NCBI GenBank assembly: GCA_963704725.1
Contig: OY969934.1
Span: forward strand, 3,104,001-3,168,000
DNA: 64,000 nucleotides
Direction: 5' to 3'
Source: an uncultured Actinomycetes bacterium
GTDB taxonomy: Bacteria > Actinomycetota > UBA4738 > HRBIN12
The position numbers were made by a program, and so were the translations under genes. Each line of letters opens with the position of its first letter. The first letter of the stretch is position 1. Below the pieces are notes generated by a model, which worked only from the letters and a program-made list of their open reading frames with translations, did no database searches and was not told where the DNA came from. Below are positions 1 to 8,483 of the stretch, piece after piece.

Positions 1-490
1 TGTACTTCACGTCCTCGGGCGTGAACGCCTCGCCGTTGTGGAACACGGCGTTGCCGACGAGGTCGAACACCCACGTCGTGTCGTCCGGGGCCGCCCAGGC
101 CGTCGCGAGCTGCCCGTAGACGGTCCCGTCCGGGTCGAGGTCGATCAGCTTGTTGAAGATGTTGTCGTAGACCTGCGCCCCCGTGTAGATCGTCGAGGTC
201 GCCGGGTCGAGCGTGTCGGGCTCGCCCGTGAGCGCGGCCTTGAGCGTCCCGCCGGGCTGGATCGAGCCGCTCGCGCCAGTCGCGCCGGTCGCGCCCGTCG
301 CCGGCGAGGCCGACGGGTTAGCCCCGCCGTCGTTCGAGCTGCACGCCGCGAGCACGGCGCCCAGGCTCGTCGTCCCGATGGCGAGCATTCCGAGCCCGCC
401 GGCGCGGCGGAACAGCTCCCGCCGCGAGATCTCGCCCCGCAGGAACCCCTGCGCCAACGCCTCGGCCTGTCGCTGCTGCTTGTTGCTCAT
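1..490 (-). CDS. Peptide/nickel ABC transporter substrate-binding lipoprotein (family 5), Tat signal; runs off the left window edge
   Basis: Manual translation MSNKQQRQAEALAQGFLRGEISRRELFRRAGGLGMLAIGTTSLGAVLAAC...GGTLKAALTGEPDTLDP...FHNGEAFTPEDVKY. SRR Tat motif, LAAC lipobox; ATG overlaps the upstream stop (ATGA). Confidence 0.93.
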   Translation of the reverse strand, partial: MSNKQQRQAEALAQGFLRGEISRRELFRRAGGLGMLAIGTTSLGAVLAACSSNDGGANPSASPATGATGATGASGSIQPGGTLKAALTGEPDTLDPATSTIYTGAQVYDNIFNKLIDLDPDGTVYGQLATAWAAPDDTTWVFDLVGNAVFHNGEAFTPEDVKY

Positions 491-1287
491 CCTCTCTGCC
501 CCCTTACCCAGTCCAGGAACGTGCGGTTGAACGCGGCCGGGTGCTCCCACATGCAGGCGTGGCCGCCCTTCGAGGTGGCGAACTCCGAGCCGGGCACCTC
601 CTCGAGCAGGCGCCGGCTGAGCCGTACCGGGATCAGGATGTCGTTCTCCCCGCACAGCACGAGCGTCGGTACGCCGACCCCCTTCATCCGGCCGGTCGTG
701 TCATGCGTCTGGATCACGTTGAGCTGCGCCAGGTAGGCCTCGACCGACAGGTCCATCGCCGCCATCTCGGCCTCGAACTCCTTGGCCTCCTCCTCACGCT
801 CCTCGAAGAACGGGACCGTGAACGCCCACAGCGTGACGTCGCGCATGATGAACGGGACCCCGTTGACCGGCGCCATGTCGTGCCACATCGCGAACATCCG
901 CGAGCAGAACGGGCCGGGCGCCGCGTACGTGCACGCCAGCGTGAGCGACCGAAGGTCGGCGCCGTAGTCGATGGCGTACTCCTGCGCGATCATCCCGCCC
1001 ATCGAGACGCCCATGAGGTGGAAGTCCCGCAGGCCGAGCTCGTCGACCAACGCCTTGGCGTCGTCGGCGAGCATGCGGCTCGTGTAGGGGCCCTCGGGCT
1101 TGCTCGTCTGGCCGACCCCCCGGTTGTCGAATCGCAGGACGCGGTAGCCGGCGCCGAGGAGGTCCTCCATCTGGAAGGCCCACGTCTCGAGGTCGTCGGC
1201 CAGACCGTTGACGAGGACGATCGTCTCGGGGCCATCGCCCTCGAGCTTGTAGTTGACCTCGATGCCGTTGACGCTCGCCGTCGGCAT
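487..1287 (-). CDS. Alpha/beta hydrolase (enol-lactonase/aminoacrylate hydrolase-like)
   Basis: MPTASVNGIEV start after GGAGGAG; FDNRGVG, GVSMGG nucleophile elbow, GEND acid, GGH histidine. Confidence 0.9.
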   Translation of the reverse strand: MPTASVNGIEVNYKLEGDGPETIVLVNGLADDLETWAFQMEDLLGAGYRVLRFDNRGVGQTSKPEGPYTSRMLADDAKALVDELGLRDFHLMGVSMGGMIAQEYAIDYGADLRSLTLACTYAAPGPFCSRMFAMWHDMAPVNGVPFIMRDVTLWAFTVPFFEEREEEAKEFEAEMAAMDLSVEAYLAQLNVIQTHDTTGRMKGVGVPTLVLCGENDILIPVRLSRRLLEEVPGSEFATSKGGHACMWEHPAAFNRTFLDWVRGQRG

Positions 1288-2327
1288 CACTCCTCCCTTC
1301 CGTGGTCGGCCGCCTGCTCGAGCGCGGCGCGGGCGACGTGACAGGCGGCCACGTGGCCGTCGTCGAACTGCGTGAGCTCGGGCTCCTCGGTGCGGCACAC
1401 CTCGATCGCCACCGGGCATCGCGTGTGGAAACGGCACCCGGCGGGCGGCGTGATCGGGCTCGGGATCTCGCCCCGCAGCGGCGGCGCGCTCACCCGGCGT
1501 GAGGGATCCGGGTACGGGATCGCCTCCAGGAGGGCCTTCGTGTACGGGTGCTGCGGGGCGCGGAAGACCTGCTCGGTCGTGCCGAGCTCGACCACCTTCC
1601 CCAGGTACATCACGGCGACGCGGTGGCTGACGTGCTCGACCACCGCCAGGTCGTGCGCCACGAACACGATGGCCAGGCCGAGGTCGCGCTGGAGCTCGGC
1701 CAGCAGGTTGAGCACCTGGGCCTGGACCGAGACGTCGAGGGCCGAGACCGGCTCGTCGGCGACGATGAGGTCCGGCTTCGGCGCGAGCGCCGCCGCGATG
1801 CCGACCCGCTGGCGCTGCCCGCCGGACAGCTCGTGCGGGTGCCGGTCGGCCAGGGAAGGATTCAGCCCGACCCGGTCCAGGAGGTCGCGGACCCGAGCGT
1901 CGCGCTCGTCGCGGGAGCCGATGCCGAACGCGTCGAGCGCCTCACGCACGCTCCGCCCCACCCGCCACCGCGGGTCGAGCGAGCTGAACGGGTCCTGGAA
2001 CACGGGCTGGACCCGCTGGCGGAACCTCGCCAGGCGAGGGCCGGTCACGCCCGTGACGTCCTCGCCGCCGAACACGATCGAGCCGGCGGTCGGCGCGATC
2101 AGGCGCAGGACGCACCGGGCCAGCGTGCTCTTGCCCGAGCCGGACTCGCCCACGACCGCGAGCACCTCGCCGGGCCGCACGTCGAGGTCGACGCCGTCGA
2201 CGGCGTGGACGACGGCGCGTCCCCCCAGCAACCCGTGCCCCGCCGGGAAGTGCTTGACGAGGCCGCGCACCTCGAGGAGCGGCCGGTCGCCGGTCACGGG
2301 CGCGATGGCATCGGAGAGCGTCTTCAT
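1287..2327 (-). CDS. Oligopeptide/dipeptide ABC ATP-binding protein (OppF/DppF-like)
   Basis: GESGSGKS, LSGGQRQR, ADEP, HPYT, GCRFHTRCP; ATG coupled to upstream stop. Confidence 0.93.
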   Translation of the reverse strand: MKTLSDAIAPVTGDRPLLEVRGLVKHFPAGHGLLGGRAVVHAVDGVDLDVRPGEVLAVVGESGSGKSTLARCVLRLIAPTAGSIVFGGEDVTGVTGPRLARFRQRVQPVFQDPFSSLDPRWRVGRSVREALDAFGIGSRDERDARVRDLLDRVGLNPSLADRHPHELSGGQRQRVGIAAALAPKPDLIVADEPVSALDVSVQAQVLNLLAELQRDLGLAIVFVAHDLAVVEHVSHRVAVMYLGKVVELGTTEQVFRAPQHPYTKALLEAIPYPDPSRRVSAPPLRGEIPSPITPPAGCRFHTRCPVAIEVCRTEEPELTQFDDGHVAACHVARAALEQAADHGREE

Positions 2328-3334
2328 CGGGCGGGCTCCCGTTCCACGCGCGGCGCCACGCCGGCCGCCTCGCGGGTGGCGTCGCTCAGCCAGCACGCCA
2401 CGGCGTGCGCCTCGCTCTCGTGGGCGAGCGGCGGGACGCGATCGCACTCGTCCATCCGGTACGGGCACCGCGGCGAGAACCGGCACCCCGGCGGCGGATC
2501 GGACAGGTCGGGCACGCGCCCGCCGATCACGCGGAGCTCGCCGCGGGCGTGCTCGGCGCTCGGCAGGGCCTGGAGCAACGCCTGCGTGTAGGGATGGCGG
2601 GGGTTCGCGAAGAGCTCCGCGACCGGCGCCACCTCGACGAGCTGCCCCGCGTACATCACGCCGACCCGGTCGCAGACCTGCGCGATCACGCCGAGGTCGT
2701 GGGTGATCAGCACGATCGTGGTGCGGTGACGCTCGCGCAGCTCCCGCAGGAGGTCGAGCACCTGGGCCTGGATCGTCACGTCGAGCGCCGTGGTCGGCTC
2801 GTCGGCCAGGAGCAGGGCCGGCTCGTTCGCCACCGCCGTGGCGATCACGACGCGCTGCCGCATCCCGCCCGAGAGCCGGTGCGGCGCGTCGTCGTACCGG
2901 CGTTCGGCCTCGGGGATGCCGACGTCCTTCAGCAGCGCCGTGGCCCGGTCGCGAGCGTCCTTCTTGTCGACGTCGCGGTGGGCGCGGATCGTCTCGGCGA
3001 CCTGCTCGCCGACGGGGAACGCGGGGTCGAGCGAGGTCATGGGGTCCTGGAACACCATGCTGATGCGGTCGCCCCGGAGCGTGCGGTACTCCTCGGCCCC
3101 GAGGCCCACGAGCTCGCGCTGCTGGAACCGGATGCTGCCGGCGACGGATGCGCTCCGCGGCAGCAGGCCCATCACGGCCGTGGCCAGCGTCGTCTTCCCG
3201 CACCCCGACTCGCCGACCAGGCCGAAGATCTCGCCCTCGGCCACCTCGAGCGAGACGTCGCTCACCGCGGACACCGTCCCCTCGGGCGCGGCGAAGTCGA
3301 CGTGCACGCCGTCCAGCTCGAGGACGTTCGTCAC
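2324..3334 (-). CDS. Oligopeptide/dipeptide ABC ATP-binding protein (OppD/DppD-like)
   Basis: GESGCGKT, LSGGMRQR, ADEPTTALD, HPYT, GCRFSPRCP; GTGA overlap start. Confidence 0.93.
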   Translation of the reverse strand: MTNVLELDGVHVDFAAPEGTVSAVSDVSLEVAEGEIFGLVGESGCGKTTLATAVMGLLPRSASVAGSIRFQQRELVGLGAEEYRTLRGDRISMVFQDPMTSLDPAFPVGEQVAETIRAHRDVDKKDARDRATALLKDVGIPEAERRYDDAPHRLSGGMRQRVVIATAVANEPALLLADEPTTALDVTIQAQVLDLLRELRERHRTTIVLITHDLGVIAQVCDRVGVMYAGQLVEVAPVAELFANPRHPYTQALLQALPSAEHARGELRVIGGRVPDLSDPPPGCRFSPRCPYRMDECDRVPPLAHESEAHAVACWLSDATREAAGVAPRVEREPAR

Positions 3335-4188
3335 TCGGCCACCCCGCGGGGGTCGAGCCGCCGGCGCAGCCCGTCGCCGACGAGGTTGAACGCCAGCACC
3401 GTCACGGCGATCGCGGCGCCCGGCGCCACCGAGGCCCACGGCGCCTGCGTCAGCACGTCGCGCCCGTCGGCGAGCATCACGCCGAGCGAGGGCGTCGGCG
3501 GCTGCGCCCCCAGGCCGAGGAACGACAGCGCCGCCTCGATCTGCAGGGCGAACCCCATGAGGACCGTGGCCTGGACGATGGCCGGCCCGAGCGCGTTCGG
3601 CAGGACGTGCCGGGCCAGGATGCGCATGGAGGAGGCGCCGCGGGCACGCGCCCCCTCCACGTACGTCTGCGCCGCCACCACGACCGTCGCGCTCCGGACG
3701 ACGCGGGCCAGGATCGGCAGGTAGATCACGGCGATCGCCAGCAGCGCGATGAGGCTCCCCGGCCCGAGGATCGCGATGAGCGCCACCGCCAGCAGCAGCG
3801 CCGGGAGCGCCAGCAGCATGTCGATCGGCCGCATGATGAGCGCGTCGATCCACCCGCCGTGGTACCCGGCGAGCAGCCCGAGCGGCACGCCGAGCGCGAA
3901 CGCCAGCGCCACCGAACCCACCGCCACCGAGAGCGACACCCGGTACGCGAACATCACCCGCGACAGCACGTCACGCCCCAGCGCGTCCGAGCCGAACGGG
4001 TGGGCCAGGTTCGGCGTGCCCAGCACGCGGGTGCCGTCGATCGCCTCGGGATCGTGCGGCGCGATCAGCGGCGCGAGGATCGCGATCGCCACGAGCGCGA
4101 GCAGGACGACCGCGCCGACCGTGGCCCACCGCGAGCCGAGGACCACACGACGCGAGGACCGCGCCACGGTGACCGTCGCCGCGCTCAT
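3331..4188 (-). CDS. Peptide ABC permease (OppC/DppC-like)
   Basis: HPFGSDALGRDVLSR, YVEGARARG EAA loop, LSFLGLG. Confidence 0.93.
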   Translation of the reverse strand: MSAATVTVARSSRRVVLGSRWATVGAVVLLALVAIAILAPLIAPHDPEAIDGTRVLGTPNLAHPFGSDALGRDVLSRVMFAYRVSLSVAVGSVALAFALGVPLGLLAGYHGGWIDALIMRPIDMLLALPALLLAVALIAILGPGSLIALLAIAVIYLPILARVVRSATVVVAAQTYVEGARARGASSMRILARHVLPNALGPAIVQATVLMGFALQIEAALSFLGLGAQPPTPSLGVMLADGRDVLTQAPWASVAPGAAIAVTVLAFNLVGDGLRRRLDPRGVAE

Positions 4189-5144
4189 GCCGCCTGCCCC
4201 TGCTCGACCCGCGGGTCGAGCGCGCCGACCAGGATGTCGGTGACCAGGTTCACCACGATGAACAGCACCGCCACGAGCAGCACGCCGCCCTGCACGACGA
4301 TGTAGTTGCGCTGCTGGATCGACGTCACGATGAGCCGCCCCACGCCGGGCAGCGAGAACAGCGTCTCGATCACGATGGCGCCGCCGAGCAGGACGCCGAA
4401 CTGGATCCCGATGACCGTGACGATCGGCGGCCCCGCATTGCGCAGCGCGTGCAGGAACACGATGCGCCGCTCGCGGATCCCCTTCGCGCGAAGGAACTGC
4501 ACGTACGGCGTGCGCAGCGTCTCGTCCATCGCGCCGCGCGTCGTCCGCAGGATGTACGCGGCCTCGCCGGCCGCGAGCGTCAGGACCGGCAGGACCATGT
4601 AGCGAAGGTTCTGCACGGGATCCTGGAGCAGCGGCACGTACCCCGACGGCGGCAGGACCTGGTTGATCCCCGCGAAGACCAGCACGAGCATGATCCCGAG
4701 CCAGAAGTCCGGGATCGAGATCCCGGCCACGACGAACCCCTCGGTGAGGGTCCGCACCCAGCCGGCGCGAGCGGCCGCCCGCACACCCAGCGGCACCCCC
4801 ACGAGCACGGCCAGCGCCATCGACAGGACCGTGAGCTCGATCGTCACCGGCAGGCGCGTCGACAGCAGCGACGACACCGGCTCGTGGCTCACGTAGTCCT
4901 GCCCGAGATCGCCCCGGACGAGCCCGCCGGCCCAGGAGAGGTACTGGGCCGGCAGCGGCCGGTCGAGCCCGAGGTCCTCGCGCACCTGCGCCACGTTCTC
5001 GGGCGTCGCCCGGAACCCGAGCATCGTCCGCACCGGGTCGCCCGGCACGAGCCGGATCATGAGGAACACGAACACGCTCATCACGACGATCACCGGGATC
5101 GCCAGCAGCATCCGGCGGACGACGAACCGGGCCCGCGCACTCAT
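4185..5144 (-). CDS. Peptide ABC permease (OppB/DppB-like)
   Basis: PGDP, LGLDRPLPAQY, GDLG, RLPVTIEL, HALRNA, IETLFSLPGVG. Confidence 0.93.
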   Translation of the reverse strand: MSARARFVVRRMLLAIPVIVVMSVFVFLMIRLVPGDPVRTMLGFRATPENVAQVREDLGLDRPLPAQYLSWAGGLVRGDLGQDYVSHEPVSSLLSTRLPVTIELTVLSMALAVLVGVPLGVRAAARAGWVRTLTEGFVVAGISIPDFWLGIMLVLVFAGINQVLPPSGYVPLLQDPVQNLRYMVLPVLTLAAGEAAYILRTTRGAMDETLRTPYVQFLRAKGIRERRIVFLHALRNAGPPIVTVIGIQFGVLLGGAIVIETLFSLPGVGRLIVTSIQQRNYIVVQGGVLLVAVLFIVVNLVTDILVGALDPRVEQGQAA

Positions 5145-5926
5145 CGCTCGCCTCCCGCGTCGAGCCGCGCCTTGAGCTCCCGCAGCGTGGACTCGGTGAG
5201 CTGGAAGTGGGTCCCCGCCACGCGGGCCGCCGCCGCGGCGTTCCCCGTCGAGACCGCCCGGGCGAGCCTCGTGTGGTCCTTCACGGCCTTGGCCCGGATC
5301 TCGGGGCTGTACGGCTCGGCGCCGAACCCCAGGCTGATCTCGCTCCGGATCAGCGAGCTGAGGTTGGCCAGGTACGGGTTGTGCGTGGCCCCGGCCACCG
5401 CCTCGTGCATCGCCTGGTCGGCGGCGCGCGAGGCCTCGCGGTCGGGCGCCGCGAGGTACGCCGCGAGGGCGGCCTCGATCCGCTCGACGTCCTCGGCCGA
5501 ACGGCGCTCGGCGGCGGTCCGCGCGATGAGCGGCTCGACGAGCCGGCGGAAGTCGAACAGCCGCTCGAACCGCTCCCACCCCGGCAGCAGCGTCCGGCCG
5601 ATCATCTCGCGGGCCTGGGGACCCCAGCTCGTCTTGACGAACGCGCCGCCGCTGCGGCCCCGGCGGACCTCGACGTAGCCGAGCGCGGCAAGCCGCTGCG
5701 CCGCCTCGCGCACCGTGGTCCGGCTCACGCCGAGCGTGGCCGAGAGCTCGCGCTCCGACGGCAGGCGCTGGCCCGGCACGAACTCGCCGAGCGCGATCGC
5801 GGTGACGAGGAGGTCGGCCACGTGCTCCCCGGCGCTGCGCAGGCGGACCGGCTCGAGGACCGACTCGCCCGAGGCGGCCGCGCCGACGTCGAGCCACCGG
5901 CGGTCGGCGGGCCGGGCGTCGGTCAC
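5141..5926 (-). CDS. GntR/FadR-family transcriptional regulator (FCD domain)
   Basis: PGQRLPSERELSATLGVSRTTVREA winged HTH; FCD with R..VE..IAR and D..H..V..A..N. Confidence 0.92.
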   Translation of the reverse strand: MTDARPADRRWLDVGAAASGESVLEPVRLRSAGEHVADLLVTAIALGEFVPGQRLPSERELSATLGVSRTTVREAAQRLAALGYVEVRRGRSGGAFVKTSWGPQAREMIGRTLLPGWERFERLFDFRRLVEPLIARTAAERRSAEDVERIEAALAAYLAAPDREASRAADQAMHEAVAGATHNPYLANLSSLIRSEISLGFGAEPYSPEIRAKAVKDHTRLARAVSTGNAAAAARVAGTHFQLTESTLRELKARLDAGGER

Positions 5927-7203
5927 GGCCGCGCCTCCGGCTCCGCGAACCACCCGGCGACGAACCGCGCCAGCGCCCGCGCCCCGTCGAGCACGCTGTC
6001 GAGCTCGACGCACTCGTCGATGCCGTGGATGCGGTGCGTCCGCGGCCCGTAACACAGCGCCGGCGTGCCGAACGCGTTCAGGTAGTGGCGGGCGTCGGTC
6101 GTGCTCGCCATCCCCACGACGTCCGGGGCCGAGCCGTGGACCTCGGCGTGGGCGGCCGCCACGCGCGCCACGAGCGGGTGTCCCCGGTCGAGCCCGTAGC
6201 CCTGGGCCCGGAACCCCGACGGCGTGACCGCCGGCGGGTGCTCCCGGAGCCACTCGTCCTCGGAACACGCCGCGTCGATCGCCTTGCGCACCCGGGTCTC
6301 GGCTTCCTCGGCGCTCCAGGCGGTGGGATGGCCGACGCGGACGCGCATCCGGGCCACGGCCGGCACGCTCGAGCCCCAGTCCCCCGCCCGCAGGGTCCCC
6401 ACGTTCACGTTGTACGGATGCGTGGAGTCGTCGATCGCGGGCTCGTCGACCTCGGCGTTCATGTCGCGCTCGAGCGTGCGGAGCGCGTCGATCACCACGT
6501 ATGCGCCCTGGATCGCGTTCACCGCGCGGTCGGCGGACTGGGCGTGCGACGCCCGCCCCTCCACGGTCACGTCGAGCCACAGGATCCCGATGCCGGCCAC
6601 GAGCAGCCGCAGGTCGGTCGGCTCGGGCAGGAGCACCGCGTCGGCGAGGATCCCGGCCCGGCCCGCGGCGAGCGTGCCGTTGCCCGTGCACTCCTCCTCG
6701 ATCACCGAAAGGAACGAGAGCGACCCGCGGATCGCAGGGGGATCGACCTCGAGCAGCGACTCGAGCGCGAGCGAGGCCATGGCGAACCCGCCCTTCATGT
6801 CGCCGGCGCCGCGGCCGTACAGCCGGCCGTCCTCGATCCGAGGCACGAACGGCGGCGACGCCCACAGCTCGGCCTCCTCGGCCGGCACCACATCGATGTG
6901 GCCGTTGAGCAGGAGCGAGGGGCCGTCGCCGTCGCCCATCGTCCCGAGCACGTCGGGCCGGCCCTCGTACGGGCCGAGCGGCACGCCGGCCAGCGGGTCC
7001 TGCCCGATCGAGTCCTCGACGGGGACCTCGCGGACATCGAACCCGATCCGGCCCATCTCCTCGGCGACGAGCTCCTGCGCCCCGGCCTCGTTCCCCACGG
7101 TGCTCGGAGCCGCCACGAGTCGCTCGAGGAACGCGACGGCGTGGCGCGCATGCCGCTCGACGGCGTCGTCGAGCGCCTCGGCGTCGAGCCCGTGTTCGCT
7201 CAA
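5923..7203 (-). CDS. M20 family ArgE/DapE-like deacylase
   Basis: LLLNGHIDVVP, GRGAGDMKGG, IEEE, EPT, HGIDE; TTG start. Confidence 0.92.
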   Translation of the reverse strand: MSEHGLDAEALDDAVERHARHAVAFLERLVAAPSTVGNEAGAQELVAEEMGRIGFDVREVPVEDSIGQDPLAGVPLGPYEGRPDVLGTMGDGDGPSLLLNGHIDVVPAEEAELWASPPFVPRIEDGRLYGRGAGDMKGGFAMASLALESLLEVDPPAIRGSLSFLSVIEEECTGNGTLAAGRAGILADAVLLPEPTDLRLLVAGIGILWLDVTVEGRASHAQSADRAVNAIQGAYVVIDALRTLERDMNAEVDEPAIDDSTHPYNVNVGTLRAGDWGSSVPAVARMRVRVGHPTAWSAEEAETRVRKAIDAACSEDEWLREHPPAVTPSGFRAQGYGLDRGHPLVARVAAAHAEVHGSAPDVVGMASTTDARHYLNAFGTPALCYGPRTHRIHGIDECVELDSVLDGARALARFVAGWFAEPEARP

Positions 7204-7210
7204 AGGTCGA

Positions 7211-7230
7211 ATGTCTAGTCCAAAAGTCCT
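7211..7230. promoter_or_regulatory. Putative GntR-family operator/promoter of the catabolic operon
   Basis: AT-rich TTGGACTAGACAT (minus strand) just upstream of the first gene resembles GT-N-TA-N-AC GntR boxes; imperfect. Confidence 0.35.
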
Positions 7231-7276
7231 TTGCGCGAACCTACACCCTCGGTCAAGGGCGCAGCCCGGCTCGACG

Positions 7277-8464
7277 TCAGAAGCCCACCAGCGAGCCGAG
7301 CTGCTCGTAGCCCGGCTGCACCTCGAAGAACCTGACGTAGCGATCGCCGTAGGTTCCGTTCGTCAGCACGCCCCGAACGAACCGGTTGAGGGCCTCCCCG
7401 AACGCGGGATCCTGGACGTAGGTCAGGTACCAGGGGCGCCCCGTCGGGTCGGCGAACATCAGGGCGCTCGCGAACCCCTCGGGGGGATCGGGGGTGAGGA
7501 ACGCGTCGACCTCTCCCGACGTGACCACCTGCACGGCGGTCTCCCGGTCCGTGGGGAACACGTCGGGTGGGCCCAGATCCCACGCCTCCGTGCTCGAGAG
7601 GTCGAGCAGCAGGGTGCTCGCGAACGAATCGATCGCCTCCGCCCCCGCGGCCTCGTCCGTCACGACCTCGATCTGGCCGCGTTCGCGGATCCTCGCCATC
7701 GTCGGCGACTCGGCGGGGTCCGGCGGGCTGAGATCAGGCGGTGGCACCGGGCCGAGCAGGCTGCCCATCGCGGCCGACTCCTCCTCGTCCAGCTCCATCC
7801 CCCCCGGCGCCTGGGGCCCGCCGCCGGTCGGGACGAGCGTTTGCTGCGCCGGACCGAGCAGCAGGGAGTCGCCGCCTCCCGCAGGCTCGATCGCGACGAA
7901 CCCCTGGGCCACCTTGACCATGCTGCCGCCGTCCACGACGAGCACCGCGAACACCGGATCGTTCATCCGCACCACGGTGTCGTCGGGCAACGTGAGCTTG
8001 ACCTCGAAGTCCGCGTCGGCGTCCTTGCTGCAGAGCGTCTCGCCGGCGACGAGCGACAGCACGATGCCCTCCTCCGGACGGACCCGGACCTCCGAGCTGC
8101 CGAGTAGCTGGCAGAAGTCGAGGACGTTGCGGACGATGAAGTCGAGGTTGCCGACCCCGTTCGTCGACACGAACGCGCGGGCCCGGATGTCGTCGCCCGT
8201 CGACACCTGCAGGTCGTCCACGAATCCGGCCGGGGTGTTGACCCCCTTGATCTCACCCACGACCTCGCCCCGGTCGTCGTCCCCCCCGTCGTTCCCGGTG
8301 GTCCCGGTGGTCCCGGTGGTCCCGGTGTTGCCGCCCGTCGTGGCGGTGGCGCCGGTCGCGCCCCCGGTCTCACCGGTGGCGCCGGTCGCGCCTGCACCGC
8401 CGTCGTCCCCGCCACACGCGCCGGCGATCAGCGCGACGACCACCAGGGTCGCCGCCGTCCGCAT
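7277..8464 (-). CDS. Lipoprotein: Gly/Thr linker, FecR-like beta domain, C-terminal region resembling family-3 solute-binding proteins
   Basis: MRTAATLVVVALIAGAC lipobox (ATG 8479 is an alternative start); TMARIRERGQIEVVTD and NGTYGDRYVRFF resemble the ends of SBP_bac_3 domains. Confidence 0.6.
   Translation of the reverse strand: MRTAATLVVVALIAGACGGDDGGAGATGATGETGGATGATATTGGNTGTTGTTGTTGNDGGDDDRGEVVGEIKGVNTPAGFVDDLQVSTGDDIRARAFVSTNGVGNLDFIVRNVLDFCQLLGSSEVRVRPEEGIVLSLVAGETLCSKDADADFEVKLTLPDDTVVRMNDPVFAVLVVDGGSMVKVAQGFVAIEPAGGGDSLLLGPAQQTLVPTGGGPQAPGGMELDEEESAAMGSLLGPVPPPDLSPPDPAESPTMARIRERGQIEVVTDEAAGAEAIDSFASTLLLDLSSTEAWDLGPPDVFPTDRETAVQVVTSGEVDAFLTPDPPEGFASALMFADPTGRPWYLTYVQDPAFGEALNRFVRGVLTNGTYGDRYVRFFEVQPGYEQLGSLVGF
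8293..8327. repeat. 9-bp tandem repeat (TCCCGGTGG) x~3.9 encoding a Thr-Gly-Thr linker
   Basis: Read directly from the sequence. Confidence 0.9.
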
Positions 8465-8483
8465 CCGGATGTGCCACATCCCC

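Noticed and set aside
5923-7203. Assigning argE or dapE
   Set aside because: M20 motifs do not define the substrate, and the context is catabolic.
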